From an uncultured Methylophilaceae bacterium (GTDB taxonomy: Bacteria; Pseudomonadota; Gammaproteobacteria; Burkholderiales; Methylophilaceae), in contig CAYGSH010000001.1 of the NCBI GenBank assembly GCA_964352515.1, positions 21,756-84,627 on the forward strand: a DNA stretch of 62,872 nucleotides, written 5' to 3'. The notes beneath the pieces are model-generated. The model was not told the origin of the DNA and ran no database searches. It saw only the letters and a program-made list of their open reading frames with translations. Numbering within the stretch: the stretch's first letter is position 1; each line of letters starts with the position of its first letter. Shown here in pieces: positions 33,591 through 44,451 of this stretch. Position numbers and translations under genes: made by a program.

Positions 33591-34850
33591 ATGGATAATA
33601 TTAAAGACTATATGGATGCACTGGGCAAAAGTGCTAGACAAGCTTCACGCCATATTGCAAACGCAGATACCAATGCAAAAAACGAGGCGCTCACCAATAT
33701 TGCTCACGCCATCCTAAGAGAAAAAGAAACCTTGTTAGCAGCTAATGCCAAAGACCTAGCCGCAGCTAAAGAAAATGGTCTAGAAAACGCATTGGTTGAC
33801 CGTTTAACGCTTACCGCTAAAACTGTAGATAGCATGGCAGAAGGTTTGCTACAAATCGCTAGCTTAGCTGACCCTATCGGACAAATGAACAACTTTAAAT
33901 ACATGCCAAGCGGCATACAAGTGGGTCAAATGCGGGTACCTTTAGGCGTTATTGGCATTATTTATGAGGCCCGTCCCAATGTAACGGCAGATGCAGCTGG
34001 ATTATGCATTAAATCAGGTAATGCGGCTATTTTACGTGGCGGCTCAGAGGCGATTCACTGTAACCAAGCCTTAGCTAAACTCGTGCATGAAGGCTTAGAA
34101 AAAGCAGGTTTACCAAAAGAAGTAGTACAAGTGGTAGAAACCACAGACCGCGCAGCAGTAGGCGAACTCATTACGATGAAAGACTATGTTGATGTGATTG
34201 TACCGCGCGGTGGCAAAGGTTTGATTGAACGCATCTCAAAAGATGCACGTATTGCAGTGATTAAACACTTAGATGGCAACTGCCATGTTTATATCGATAG
34301 CGAAGCGGATGTTGAAAAAGCTCTCCGAATTGTCGAGAATAGCAAAACGCAAAGACTAGGCACTTGCAATACGGCAGAATCTTTATTAATTGACCGTGCA
34401 ATTGCCAAAGAGGTTTTACCAAAAATTGCCGCTATGCTCGTTAGTAAAGGTATTGAGATTCGGGGCTGTGCAGAAACTTGCGCCTTGGTTAAAGCAGCCA
34501 AACCAGCGACAGATGAAGACTTTTATACCGAGTATTTAGACGCCATCATCTCATGCAAAGTCGTCGATGGTTTAGATGAAGCGATTGCGCATATTAACGA
34601 ACACTCATCACAGCATACCGAAAGTATCGTAACGGAAAACTATACTAAAGCACGCCGATTTCTACGCGAAGTCGATTCCAGCAGCGTGATGGTAAATGCC
34701 TCAACTCGCTTTGCCGATGGCTTTGAATATGGCCTAGGTGCAGAAATTGGCATTTCAACTGACAAACTACATGCGCGCGGTCCTGTAGGTTTAGAAGGTC
34801 TAACATCACTCAAATATGTCGTATTAGGTGATGGTCATATCCGTAGCTAG
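33591..34850 (+). CDS. proA: Gamma-glutamyl phosphate reductase
   Basis: 419 aa of the aldehyde dehydrogenase fold, with IYEARPNVT, the catalytic CNTAESLL and [10 protein letters not shown]. Confidence 0.96.
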   Translation: MDNIKDYMDALGKSARQASRHIANADTNAKNEALTNIAHAILREKETLLAANAKDLAAAKENGLENALVDRLTLTAKTVDSMAEGLLQIASLADPIGQMNNFKYMPSGIQVGQMRVPLGVIGIIYEARPNVTADAAGLCIKSGNAAILRGGSEAIHCNQALAKLVHEGLEKAGLPKEVVQVVETTDRAAVGELITMKDYVDVIVPRGGKGLIERISKDARIAVIKHLDGNCHVYIDSEADVEKALRIVENSKTQRLGTCNTAESLLIDRAIAKEVLPKIAAMLVSKGIEIRGCAETCALVKAAKPATDEDFYTEYLDAIISCKVVDGLDEAIAHINEHSSQHTESIVTENYTKARRFLREVDSSSVMVNASTRFADGFEYGLGAEIGISTDKLHARGPVGLEGLTSLKYVVLGDGHIRS

Positions 34851-34862
34851 GCGCTCAGCACA

Positions 34863-35507
34863 ATGCGCTTAGTCGGTATCCTTGGTGGCACATTTAACCC
34901 AATCCATTATGGGCATTTGCGCATGGCGCAAGAGCTAGCAGATGGCCTAGATATGGATGAAGTCAAATTCATTCCCTCTGCCAACCCTCCGCATAAAGAC
35001 AGCGTGACAGTATCTGCAGAGCACCGCGCCGCCATGGTCAAAATCGCCATTGCAGATAACCCAACATTCTCCATAGACGAGCTAGAGCTAAAACGAGATG
35101 GTGCTTCTTACACCATTGATACACTTATCAGTTTACGCGAGACGTTAGGCAAAGATACGGCACTCTGCCTGATGATGGGTAGCGATGCTTTTATTAAACT
35201 GAATACATGGCACCGTTGGCATGAACTACTCGACTTCGCACATATTATCTTGGTGCAACGGCCTAACCAAGGCAAACCACAAGAAGCGTTACCAGACGAG
35301 CTACAAATACTATTGCATGATCACTACGCAGAAAACATCAGTGAATTAAGTAAAATAAATGCAGGCTTAATCAATATGCAAGCGATTTCGGCGCATGATA
35401 TTAGTGCGACGCAGATTAGAGAGAACTTAAAGGGTGGAGTTTCAGTTAGGTACTTACTGCCTAAAGAAGTGATTGAATATATTCGGTATCAGCAACTTTA
35501 TCAGTAA
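34863..35507 (+). CDS. nadD: Nicotinate-nucleotide adenylyltransferase
   Basis: 214 aa with GGTFNPIHYGH and ISATQIR. Confidence 0.93.
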   Translation: MRLVGILGGTFNPIHYGHLRMAQELADGLDMDEVKFIPSANPPHKDSVTVSAEHRAAMVKIAIADNPTFSIDELELKRDGASYTIDTLISLRETLGKDTALCLMMGSDAFIKLNTWHRWHELLDFAHIILVQRPNQGKPQEALPDELQILLHDHYAENISELSKINAGLINMQAISAHDISATQIRENLKGGVSVRYLLPKEVIEYIRYQQLYQ

Positions 35508-35796
35508 TAAAGCAACTATCATCTCTATGCTTTGAGATTATTTTTTGAAAAGTTAGATAATTTTTCAATAATAACTTTAGCTGGAGCGGCTGAAGTAATT
35601 CTTGTAATAGTATTAGAACTAAAAGATGAGTCATCCGCATTATCGAAAATTGTTAGAAACACAGCAATGGTTCATAAGCATCTAAATTCAAAAGACAATC
35701 TCACAGTATTGGTATATTGAAAATGTTGTCAGGATATAAAAATTTGCTTACGTTGGATTTAACGCATTTTCTTGTTAGCTGCGCATAGTTTTAATA

Positions 35797-36423
35797 TTAC
35801 CCAACCCACTCGGAAACCAATATCGGCTCCAAACCAAGCTGCTCTATGATCGTTTGAATATTCTCTTTCTGCGCATCCATTGCAGGGTCAATATGATTCG
35901 CCACCCAACCATGCAGCGCTAAGCCTCGTGACTTAATCGCCTCAGCTGTTAATGAGCTATGATTAATACAGCCTAGCCGCAAACCGACGACCAAAATGAT
36001 TGGCACACCTAAGGCTATCGCTAAATCTGCCATATTGTCATTAACATTCAATGGTACTAAAAAGCCCCCTGCACCCTCTACGATCACCACATCGGCCATG
36101 GTTTTTAATTGTTCAAATGCGTTCACAATGTGCTCAATATCAATAGTGACACCTACTTTTTCCGCGGCTAAATGAGGGGCGATAGGTTCTTTAAATCGGT
36201 AGGGATTAATCAAGTCCATTGGCGCTTGCACATTGCTGGCAGCAACTAATCTCTGCACATCGTCATTTACCCATTCTCCATCTACCAGTTCACACCCAGC
36301 GGCGACAGGTTTCATGCAGATAACTTTTAAACCCCGAGCTGCATACTGTTTTAATAACAAGCAAGACACATGGGTTTTGCCAATTTCTGTATCGGTGCCT
36401 GTCACAAAAAATGCAGTGGTCAT
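35797..36423 (-). CDS. bioD: Dethiobiotin synthase
   Basis: P-loop GTDTEIGKT. The long ORF extends to 36468. The ATG at 36423 (MTTAFFVTG) has a GAAGG Shine-Dalgarno sequence and lies 4 nt after the bioC stop, so it is the likelier start. Confidence 0.9.
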   Translation of the reverse strand: MTTAFFVTGTDTEIGKTHVSCLLLKQYAARGLKVICMKPVAAGCELVDGEWVNDDVQRLVAASNVQAPMDLINPYRFKEPIAPHLAAEKVGVTIDIEHIVNAFEQLKTMADVVIVEGAGGFLVPLNVNDNMADLAIALGVPIILVVGLRLGCINHSSLTAEAIKSRGLALHGWVANHIDPAMDAQKENIQTIIEQLGLEPILVSEWVG

Positions 36424-36427
36424 GGGG

Positions 36428-37294
36428 TTACCTTCTTGGTCTAAAGCTAATCGGTGAAACACCTTCACCTAGGCCGTTATCTTGCTTGGCTTCTGGCGTC
36501 CATGCGTGACCGTAGATGACTTCAAAGGTGGCGGGTAGTTTGCCATCAACACGAAATTTCTCGTATTGGCCGGCTAGCTGTTTAAAAAATAGTTTACCAG
36601 TTAAACCGCGTCCGCGACCTTGTGTGGCATTATTGGCGCCGATAGATTTTAAATCTTGCATAACGGCTTTAACATTATCATAAGTCAAGGTGTAGCGTTC
36701 TACATCTAATACTGGAGCGCTAAAGCCATTTCGGGTCAAGGCATCGCCAATATCATGCATATCAATAAATCGGCTGACATGGGTATTATCATTGCTACTA
36801 GCGGCACGGAGCTCTTTAAGTGTATCGGGGCCAAAAGTGCTAAAGATTAACAAGCTGTTTGGTTTTAAGATTCGACTGATTTCAGTAAAGCTTCGGTCTA
36901 AGTCGTTACACCATTGCAGCGCTAAGTTGGACCACACCACATCCATGCTGTCATCAGCAATAGGTAGGTTTTCAATATCCGCACAAATTAGCCGCTTACG
37001 ACCAAATATTTTGCTTAACCATGTTTGCTGCGCATAGGTCTTTTGTAACATGCGCAAGGCTAAATCTAATGAGAATACTTGTGCGGAGCGAAACCGCTTT
37101 TGCAATTGAAAGCTACCATGACCAGTACCGCAGCCTGCGTCTAAAATGATACTTGGTGATACCTTAATAAGCCCTAGCCGATCAAACATTTCATCACGCA
37201 CTAGCTTTTGCAATACTGCTGCAGCATCGTACGTTTCTGCAGCGCGATCAAATGATGCGCGCACACGCGCTTTATCGATAAAGTATTCGTCCAT
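36428..37294 (-). CDS. bioC: Malonyl-ACP O-methyltransferase
   Basis: 288 aa with the SAM motif ILDAGCGTG. It sits between bioH and bioD. Confidence 0.9.
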   Translation of the reverse strand: MDEYFIDKARVRASFDRAAETYDAAAVLQKLVRDEMFDRLGLIKVSPSIILDAGCGTGHGSFQLQKRFRSAQVFSLDLALRMLQKTYAQQTWLSKIFGRKRLICADIENLPIADDSMDVVWSNLALQWCNDLDRSFTEISRILKPNSLLIFSTFGPDTLKELRAASSNDNTHVSRFIDMHDIGDALTRNGFSAPVLDVERYTLTYDNVKAVMQDLKSIGANNATQGRGRGLTGKLFFKQLAGQYEKFRVDGKLPATFEVIYGHAWTPEAKQDNGLGEGVSPISFRPRR

Positions 37295-38064
37295 TAAGTG
37301 TTGGGTTCTAAAAATTGATCAAGCGCTTCAACAAATTGATCGCTATGAGACAAAAAGGGTGCGTGAGCAGCCCCTGATATCACTCGTAAAAAGCCTTTTG
37401 GTAAATGTTGCATCATCCAATGCGCTGCTTGCACCGGCGCTAGGGTATCGCGGTCACCATGTATCAATAAAGTTGGTTTACGTATTTTGATGCTTTCATT
37501 ACGTAAATCCGACTCCAATAAAATATGTAATGCCTGCTTTAAGGTTTTTTGTGTTGGTGCGGGTTTAGAATCGAAACTATTGCGTAGTTGTTTGATTGTG
37601 TCTCTTGCATTTTTTGCTTTCATACACTGCAAGGTTAAAAACTTAATCATGGTCTTTTTATAATCCTCATCCATACTTTGTGAAAAATCACTAAAGTAAT
37701 CTGCGCGGATGCCTGCTTGCCAATCTGATTTTTCAACAAAACATGGTGAGGTACCAACCAACACTAATCTTCGCACCCTATCTGGCTGAGTGCTCGCAAT
37801 ATTCTGCGCAACTAAACCACCTAGCGACCAACCTAATATATCTGAAACGCCAGGAATAACCTCTGCAACCTCCTCTGCTAAGTTGTACAAATGATAAGGC
37901 TCTACTGAACGACTGTTGCCCATGCCTGGCAAATCAACAATATAAAGCATGTAATCTTTGGCCAGCCTTTTCAGCAATGGCTGCCATACCCCACCATGCA
38001 TACCCCAGCCATGAATTAATACCAGCGGCTTACCTTGCCCTATTATCTCGACATGACATGTCAT
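37294..38064 (-). CDS. bioH: Pimeloyl-ACP methyl ester carboxylesterase
   Basis: 256 aa with LIHGWGMHGGVW and the nucleophile elbow GWSLGG. Its stop overlaps the bioC start by 1 nt. Confidence 0.88.
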   Translation of the reverse strand: MTCHVEIIGQGKPLVLIHGWGMHGGVWQPLLKRLAKDYMLYIVDLPGMGNSRSVEPYHLYNLAEEVAEVIPGVSDILGWSLGGLVAQNIASTQPDRVRRLVLVGTSPCFVEKSDWQAGIRADYFSDFSQSMDEDYKKTMIKFLTLQCMKAKNARDTIKQLRNSFDSKPAPTQKTLKQALHILLESDLRNESIKIRKPTLLIHGDRDTLAPVQAAHWMMQHLPKGFLRVISGAAHAPFLSHSDQFVEALDQFLEPNT

Positions 38065-39221
38065 GCTAATTCACTTTCTGCTTGATTAATTGCTTGTGCT
38101 AATTTTAAAACATCATTTTCCGAATGCGCTGCGGATAAAGAAATTCTTAAACGTGCAGTATTTTTGGGGACTGTAGGCGGACGGATAGCCGGTACTAATA
38201 TACCTTTTTCTTGTAAGTATTGGCTCAGTTTTAGCACCTCATGATTTCCACCAACCACTAACGGCTGAATAGATGTTTCTGATGGCATTAACTGCCAGTT
38301 GTTAACGGTTAACTCTGTTTTTAATAACTGAATCAACGTTCTGAGATGTGCTCTTAGACGATCGCCCTGCTCAATTAAAGCAACAGACTTAGACAATGTT
38401 GCAGAAAGTGCTGGTGGCGCAGGCGTACTGTATACATAACTTTTTGCAGTTTGGATTAAATAATCAATGACCACTTGTTGCCCAGCAACAAATGCTCCAG
38501 CAACCCCAGCGGCTTTACCTAGAGTTGCCATCATCGTAATACGCGGTGAATTCAATTGCAGGTGGTTAAGAGAGCCTTCTCCATGTGTACCTAAAACACC
38601 AAAACCATGTGCATCATCAATATACAAATAAGCATCGTACTGTTCACATAGCGCAAGATATTCTGCTAATGGCGCAATATCGCCATCCATACTAAATACA
38701 GCATCTACTGCTATTAATTTACGTTTTGCTTTGCTCTCTTTTAACAAGGCTTCTAATGCGCCTACGTTATTATGCGGAAAGCGATGGAACTCAGCTAAGG
38801 AGTAGTAACTACCATCGTTTAAACAAGCATGGTTTAATTTATCTGCAAAGATGGCATCTCCACGTCCTGCAAGGGCACCAAGCACCCCAATATTAGCCAT
38901 ATAGCCAGTTGAAAATAATAGTGCTGCCGGCAACTCAACAAAAGCTGCCAATTGCTTTTCTAGGGTATCGTGATAGCGGTGGTGACCCGTAATTAAATTT
39001 GAAGCGCCACTACCAACGCCAGCATCACCTGTCGCTTGCTGCATGGTTTTAATTAACTCAGGATGGTTTGCAAGGCCTAAATAATCATTACTACAAAAGG
39101 ATAAATAGTGCTGATTATCAGTTTGGATGGTTTCTGCTTGCGGTGAGTCCAATAAGCGTCGCTGGCGTAATAAGCCATCGGCTTGCCGCTGATCTAATGC
39201 TCTTTGTAATGCATCTAACAT
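38061..39221 (-). CDS. bioF: 8-amino-7-oxononanoate synthase
   Basis: 386 aa, a PLP enzyme with DDAHGFGVLG and the TLGKA lysine. It has a 4-nt overlap with bioH. Confidence 0.93.
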   Translation of the reverse strand: MLDALQRALDQRQADGLLRQRRLLDSPQAETIQTDNQHYLSFCSNDYLGLANHPELIKTMQQATGDAGVGSGASNLITGHHRYHDTLEKQLAAFVELPAALLFSTGYMANIGVLGALAGRGDAIFADKLNHACLNDGSYYSLAEFHRFPHNNVGALEALLKESKAKRKLIAVDAVFSMDGDIAPLAEYLALCEQYDAYLYIDDAHGFGVLGTHGEGSLNHLQLNSPRITMMATLGKAAGVAGAFVAGQQVVIDYLIQTAKSYVYSTPAPPALSATLSKSVALIEQGDRLRAHLRTLIQLLKTELTVNNWQLMPSETSIQPLVVGGNHEVLKLSQYLQEKGILVPAIRPPTVPKNTARLRISLSAAHSENDVLKLAQAINQAESELA

Positions 39222-40244
39222 TTAGATTGAATGGATACCGAGTTTAGCAAATAGTTTTTGATCTGTTTCTGCTTCTGGATTTCCGGTTGTCAGGAGCTTC
39301 TCTCCGTAGAAAATGCTATTTGCCCCTGCCATAAAGCATAACGCTTGCACGCCCTCATGCATACTCTGCCGTCCCGCGGATAAACGAACAAAACTTTTTG
39401 GCATGGTGATTCTTGCCGCCGCAATCGTCCGAATAAATTCAAAAGGATCAAGCTCCTCAGTCCCATGCATAGGCGTACCTTCAACTTGTGTTAATAAATT
39501 AATTGGCACACTTTCAGGTGGACGCTCCATATTGGCAAATTGTGCTAATAAGCCAGCGCGTTGATTACGCGTTTCACCCATGCCAATAATGCCGCCACTG
39601 CAAACATTAATATCTGCACTACGGACACTATCTAGCGTGTCTAGACGATCCTCATAGGTACGTGTACTAATGACATCACCGTAGTATTCTGGCGCAGTAT
39701 CTAAGTTATGATTGTAATAATCTAATCCCGCATTTTTTAGTTGTTCCGCCATCCCTTCTTTTAGCATACCTAACGTTGCACAGGTTTCTAAGCCCATTGC
39801 TTTAACTTCAGAGATCATTTTAAGCACAGGTTCTAAATCACGCTGTTTTGGGCTTCGCCATGCTGCGCCCATACAAAAACGACTCGCACCACTGTCTTTG
39901 GCTGCTTTTGCAGCTTTCAGCACTTCATCAATCGGCATCATTGGCTCATTTTCAACATCCGTGTTATACCGTGCAGCCTGCGGACAATAGCCACAATCCT
40001 CACTGCAGCCTCCTGTTTTAATCGATAAGAGCGTGCTTACCTGAACCGCATTAGGGTCAAAGTTTTCACGATGTACGGTTTGTGCACGAAACAACAAATC
40101 ATTAAATGGCAGCTGATATAACGCAACAATATCTTCCACTGCCCAGCGTTGAACAGTTTTCCGTTCTTTCACTAATTTGTTAGCCTTTAATGCATCAGCG
40201 TTTATAATAGTTTCTTGTGGTTGTGTTTGAGTGTTTTCGAGCAT
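39222..40244 (-). CDS. bioB: Biotin synthase
   Basis: It has the radical-SAM [10 protein letters not shown] motif. The ORF is open to 40295, but MLENTQ at 40244 follows an AAAGG Shine-Dalgarno sequence and better fits BioB length. Confidence 0.93.
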   Translation of the reverse strand: MLENTQTQPQETIINADALKANKLVKERKTVQRWAVEDIVALYQLPFNDLLFRAQTVHRENFDPNAVQVSTLLSIKTGGCSEDCGYCPQAARYNTDVENEPMMPIDEVLKAAKAAKDSGASRFCMGAAWRSPKQRDLEPVLKMISEVKAMGLETCATLGMLKEGMAEQLKNAGLDYYNHNLDTAPEYYGDVISTRTYEDRLDTLDSVRSADINVCSGGIIGMGETRNQRAGLLAQFANMERPPESVPINLLTQVEGTPMHGTEELDPFEFIRTIAAARITMPKSFVRLSAGRQSMHEGVQALCFMAGANSIFYGEKLLTTGNPEAETDQKLFAKLGIHSI

Positions 40245-40319
40245 ATCAAGCCTTTTATGAGTGATTTTTGGCATAATAATCAATAAATTAACCACTGTAA
40301 AGTAAAAATAAAAACATCA

Positions 40320-41042
40320 ATGAACAACTGGTTAAAAATTAATCAAATGTTAAATTTACAGTATTTAACACAACGCCTTTTCAAACAAAGTTGCTTGCTA
40401 TGTGCCGCAGCTTCTAGTCATTCGCTTAGCTTATGCCAAGCCTGTATTGCCAGTTTACCGCTTGCGCCAAGCATCTGTTGCCCACAGTGCGGACTAGAAA
40501 CAAAAGGTGAGATTTGCGGCAGCTGCATAAAAGAAACACCCTTTTTTGACCAAACGAGAGCGTTGTTTACTTATGCATTTCCTGTCGATGCTTTGTTACA
40601 ACATTATAAATATAACCACGCCTTATACCTCAGCGAAACGCTAGGTAGTCTCTTGTCAGAAATGCTATTAAATCTTGAGGTGGATATAATAGTACCAATG
40701 CCGCTACACTCAACCAGATTAAAAGAACGGGGCTTTAATCAATCGCTTGAAATTGCGAAAGTAATCGCCAAACATCACAATATATCTATTGATAGCGTGA
40801 GTTGCCAAAAAATTAAAAATACCCCACCACAAGCTAGCCTGCCTTTAAAAGAACGAAAAAGAAATATGCGCGGGGCATTTGAAATCACTAATATTAAACA
40901 TCAGGCAACTATTAAGGGTAAGCATGTTGCAATTATTGATGATGTTATGACCACAGGCGCAAGCTTGAATGAACTTGCAAAAACACTTAAAAAAGCGGGG
41001 GCAAAACAGGTAGAATGTTGGGTTATTGCTCGTACTTTATAA
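40320..41042 (+). CDS. comF: ComF-family phosphoribosyltransferase-domain protein
   Basis: 240 aa with an N-terminal Cys cluster (CLLC...CQAC...CPQC...CGSC) and the PRTase motif VAIIDDVMTTGASL. Confidence 0.85.
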   Translation: MNNWLKINQMLNLQYLTQRLFKQSCLLCAAASSHSLSLCQACIASLPLAPSICCPQCGLETKGEICGSCIKETPFFDQTRALFTYAFPVDALLQHYKYNHALYLSETLGSLLSEMLLNLEVDIIVPMPLHSTRLKERGFNQSLEIAKVIAKHHNISIDSVSCQKIKNTPPQASLPLKERKRNMRGAFEITNIKHQATIKGKHVAIIDDVMTTGASLNELAKTLKKAGAKQVECWVIARTL

Positions 41043-41054
41043 AAAAATAAACTT

Positions 41055-41519
41055 ATGTTTCATATTGTCCTTTTTGAACCAGAAATTCCACCCAATACTG
41101 GAAATATTATTCGTCTATGTGCCAACACTGGCGCAAAACTCCACTTAGTTGAACCACTAGGGTTTACTTTAGAAGATAAGCAGTTAAAACGTGCCGGCTT
41201 AGACTATCACGAATTTTCATCCATGCAAGTTTATAAAGATTGGGATGCGTGCAAAGCAGCACTATCAGGAAAACGATTATTTGCCATCACAACAAAAGGG
41301 AGCGCAAGACATAGCAATATTGCTTTTCAAGCTGATGACGTATTTGTATTTGGGCCAGAAACAAGAGGGTTGCCTGACAAAATTCGCAATACATTTCCAC
41401 CTCAACAAAGAGTTCGTTTACCCATGTTACCCAATAGTAGAAGTCTTAATTTATCAAACTCTGCTGCGGTATTATTGTATGAAGCGTGGCGGCAAATTGA
41501 TTTTGCGGGTGGCGTTTAG
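41055..41519 (+). CDS. trmL: tRNA (cytidine34/5-cmnm-uridine34-2'-O)-methyltransferase
   Basis: 154 aa, a SpoU-type enzyme (EPEIPPNTGNIIRLCANTG, LNLSNSAAVLLYEAWRQ). Confidence 0.9.
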   Translation: MFHIVLFEPEIPPNTGNIIRLCANTGAKLHLVEPLGFTLEDKQLKRAGLDYHEFSSMQVYKDWDACKAALSGKRLFAITTKGSARHSNIAFQADDVFVFGPETRGLPDKIRNTFPPQQRVRLPMLPNSRSLNLSNSAAVLLYEAWRQIDFAGGV

Positions 41520-41541
41520 CCCTATCAAGCGGAATGAAGAA

Positions 41542-42546
41542 TTAAATCCCTTCAGGCCTTTGGTCACGACCTAATAAATCCATTACAGCCTCTTTTGCTG
41601 ACTTGCCCGCAGATAAAGCTTGATTGACTTCATAAGTAATTGGCATGTCAACTTTAATCTTATCGGCTCGACGCATCACCTCACGCGCGGTATTTACACC
41701 CTCTGCAACATGCCCTAGCCCGTTCAGCACTTCTTCTAGTGCTTTACCTGAAGCTAACTGCAAACCAACTTCACGATTGCGTGAGTACTGACCGGTACAA
41801 GTTAGTATCAAATCACCAGCGCCAGCCAAACCCATGAAGGTTTCTGGTTTTGCCCCTAAAGCCACCCCAAAGCGGGTAATTTCTGCTAAACCACGTGTAA
41901 TCATGGCAGCACGCGCATTATTCCCGAAACCCATTCCATCAGAAATGCCAGCCGCAATAGCCATTACATTCTTAATAGCACCCCCAACAGACACCCCAAT
42001 AACATCGGTACTGTTATAGACACGCAGACTGCCACCATGTAATAAGTGCGCCGCCTCTGATGCAAAAGCCGTATCATTGGCTGCTAATGTAACAGCTGTT
42101 GGCAAACCACGTACTAATTCAGCTGCAAAACTTGGGCCTGATAAAACGCCCCATTTACGGCTCATGCTCAGCTCCTCAATTGCAACTTCATGTGGCAATA
42201 AGGCAGAAATCGGCTCTAAACCTTTATGTGCCCAAATAATTGGCTGTTGAGAACCAATCTTCTTTAGTTCCTTAAGCAGCAATCGAAACCCTGCAGTTGG
42301 CACTACCGATAAAATCAAATCAGCGTTGCGGACCGCTTTTTCTAAGTCCTCTTCAACTTCTAATTGATCATTAAACTTAAAATCACCTAAATAAAGCGGG
42401 TTAGCTCGGGCTTTACGCATGCCTGAAACATGACCCGAATTTCTCGCCCATAAAGTTACTTGATGCTGTTGGCTAATATGAATTGCAAGTGCCGTGCCCC
42501 AAGCACCCGCCCCTAAAACGGCAATTTTAGTCAATACAATCCCCAA
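41542..42546 (-). CDS. gpsA: NAD(P)H-dependent glycerol-3-phosphate dehydrogenase
   Basis: It has IAVLGAGAWGTALA and GAIKNV. The start is either ATG at 42546 or TTG at 42534, the latter immediately after the upstream stop. Confidence 0.95.
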   Translation of the reverse strand: MGIVLTKIAVLGAGAWGTALAIHISQQHQVTLWARNSGHVSGMRKARANPLYLGDFKFNDQLEVEEDLEKAVRNADLILSVVPTAGFRLLLKELKKIGSQQPIIWAHKGLEPISALLPHEVAIEELSMSRKWGVLSGPSFAAELVRGLPTAVTLAANDTAFASEAAHLLHGGSLRVYNSTDVIGVSVGGAIKNVMAIAAGISDGMGFGNNARAAMITRGLAEITRFGVALGAKPETFMGLAGAGDLILTCTGQYSRNREVGLQLASGKALEEVLNGLGHVAEGVNTAREVMRRADKIKVDMPITYEVNQALSAGKSAKEAVMDLLGRDQRPEGI

Positions 42547-43031
42547 ATAGCGCTGCTTTGGATATAGCCAGTAATGCCATTTTGATGTTTAACTTTTACC
42601 CAGCCCTTATTGATTCGATTATCAATCAAATCAAGTACAACATCTTTTTCTACGGTAGCGAGCAATTTTGAATCCATTGCTTCTATTTCCTTGATTTCCG
42701 TATCATCAGTCACTATAACGGTACGTTTGGTATCTAAATCTTTACCTTCCACCCAACTTAAACCACTTCGTTGATCACGCACTTTAACCCATTCACCTAG
42801 GTTAACGATGACTTCGACTGGATAGCCACGACTCATAATAAAAAGTTTATTAGATGCCGCTGAGGGCGCATCATAAGTTATCGCTTTTTCTGATATGATC
42901 GAGCGAAAGTCAGCTGCTTGTACATTAAAACTTAGCAGCAAAGAAAAACCCAAGCCGAGCAATGCTAAACTTGGGTTTATCCATAAAGCCATTTTCTTAA
43001 ATGTTGAAGCGTTTAGGTTCATAGCATCCAA
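42531..43031 (-). CDS. Secreted SH3-domain protein
   Basis: 166 aa with a signal peptide (...LSFNVQA). Two segments resemble bacterial SH3 domains (GEWVKVRDQRSGLSWV, KGWVKVKHQNGITGYI). It sits between secB and gpsA. Confidence 0.5.
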   Translation of the reverse strand: MDAMNLNASTFKKMALWINPSLALLGLGFSLLLSFNVQAADFRSIISEKAITYDAPSAASNKLFIMSRGYPVEVIVNLGEWVKVRDQRSGLSWVEGKDLDTKRTVIVTDDTEIKEIEAMDSKLLATVEKDVVLDLIDNRINKGWVKVKHQNGITGYIQSSAIWGLY

Positions 43032-43042
43032 TATTCAATTCC

Positions 43043-43522
43043 TTAGCTTGGTGTTTCAGTTTTGTTTTGTTCCATTTTTTGCTGTGCATATAATGCTTCA
43101 AAATTGATTGGGTTCAATAAAACCGGCATAAAACCAGCTCTTGTCACCATATCTGAAACAGCTTCTCTAGCATATGGGAACAAGATATTTGGGCATGTAA
43201 TTGCCAAAATCATTTCTAAATTTTCATCAGGAATCCCGCGAATTGCAAATATACCTGCCTGAGTCACTTCCACTAAAAAAGCAGTGTTATCTTCAATTTT
43301 TGCTGTCACTGTCACTTTGATTGAAACCTCAAAGACACCATCATCAAGCTTGCTGGCACTGTTTGCAAGCTCTACGTTCACTTGTGGTGCTGTTCTATTG
43401 GTAAAGACTTGAGGTGCATTTGGCACCTCAATAGATGCATCTTTTATGTATAACTTTTCTATTCCAAAACCCGCTTGCGCTGATTGTTCCGCCTGTGCGG
43501 CAGCGTTATCATCTTTTGCCAT
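43043..43522 (-). CDS. secB: Protein-export chaperone SecB
   Basis: 159 aa with FGIEKLYIKDASIEVPNAP and CPNILFPYAREAVSDMVTRAGF. Confidence 0.95.
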   Translation of the reverse strand: MAKDDNAAAQAEQSAQAGFGIEKLYIKDASIEVPNAPQVFTNRTAPQVNVELANSASKLDDGVFEVSIKVTVTAKIEDNTAFLVEVTQAGIFAIRGIPDENLEMILAITCPNILFPYAREAVSDMVTRAGFMPVLLNPINFEALYAQQKMEQNKTETPS

Positions 43523-43623
43523 CCGTATTTCCTAATTATTTTATGATTAATAGATATTGCGTCTTAAACGCGTTATTTTAGCTTTTTATCACGCTTTAAT
43601 CATCTATATTTTCAATTTAACTA

Positions 43624-43884
43624 TTATTCTTTAATTAACAAGGGATCTAATCCACCAGCTAAGTCTAGCGCACGCAAATCATCAAACCCGCCAATATGCT
43701 GATCACCAATATAAATTTGAGGTACTGTTCTACGGCCTGTTTTTTCCATCATTTCAAGTCGCAATGCTGGATCCGTATCAACCTTAATCTTGTTAATTTC
43801 TTTAACACCTTTACTCTGCAAGAGGCGTTCTGCATTTGCACAGTAAGGGCAATAAGCAGCTGTATACATTACGATATTTTTCAT
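43624..43884 (-). CDS. grxC: Glutaredoxin 3
   Basis: 86 aa with CPYC, TVPQIYI and GGFDDL. Confidence 0.93.
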   Translation of the reverse strand: MKNIVMYTAAYCPYCANAERLLQSKGVKEINKIKVDTDPALRLEMMEKTGRRTVPQIYIGDQHIGGFDDLRALDLAGGLDPLLIKE

Positions 43885-43885
43885 A

Positions 43886-44308
43886 TTAATCCCTTACTAA
43901 TGGCATTTTAGCCTCTATCCACTTATCAAGACCACCGTTTAGTTGGCAAAGTTGCTCATATTCTTGTTGAGCTAATAATTTACAAGCCTTACTTGATCGA
44001 AAGCCTCGCTGACAATAGACCAACAAAGGCTTCTTTTTATACTTTTCAAGCTCTTTAATACGACTTTCTAATGCCGCCAATGGTATATGCTTCGCACCTT
44101 GTATATGTCCAGTGAAAAACTCTGTTTCATCTCGCACATCTAAAACAATTGTTTTTGACTGGTTCATTAATAAGACAGCTTCAGCAGCTGAAATACTCGG
44201 CACTCCAGCAGCACCTGATTTAGTGAGCGCAGGCCAAATCAGAGCAATTCCCGACCCTAGTGCTAACAAGATTAGTAATGCATTTTCTGTAATAAATTCC
44301 ACAATCAT
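43886..44308 (-). CDS. Rhodanese-domain sulfurtransferase with N-terminal membrane anchor
   Basis: 140 aa. It has the active-site loop YCQRGFRS and the conserved rhodanese-grxC-secB order. Confidence 0.8.
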   Translation of the reverse strand: MIVEFITENALLILLALGSGIALIWPALTKSGAAGVPSISAAEAVLLMNQSKTIVLDVRDETEFFTGHIQGAKHIPLAALESRIKELEKYKKKPLLVYCQRGFRSSKACKLLAQQEYEQLCQLNGGLDKWIEAKMPLVRD

Positions 44309-44451
44309 CTTTCTCTATTGGTTAATGGTTAAATGCTATCTTTTGAAATTAAATCAAGGTGTATTTAATAACTTTGCCCGTGTTTTATTTTTTTTTAAAC
44401 ACGCAGCCATTATAATGTAAGTAACTAGATATAAAACGCAAAAGAGTTCAT

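Noticed and set aside
35532-35720. A 62-aa TTG-initiated ORF in the nadD/bioD gap.
   Set aside because: It has no Shine-Dalgarno sequence, no family resemblance (including to RsfS) and an AT-rich codon composition. I treat it as noncoding unless expression data say otherwise.
40245-40295. An N-terminal extension of the bioB ORF ([17 protein letters not shown]...). A similar extension of bioD reaches 36468.
   Set aside because: Internal ATGs with proper Shine-Dalgarno sequences give canonical protein lengths. For bioD the internal start also removes a 41-nt overlap with bioC. The extensions are probably just open upstream frame.
40288-40335. An inverted repeat TTAACCA...TGGTTAA between bioB and comF, considered as a BirA operator.
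   Set aside because: The half-site spacing is 34 nt, against about 16 nt in known bioO sites, and the right arm lies inside the predicted comF coding region.
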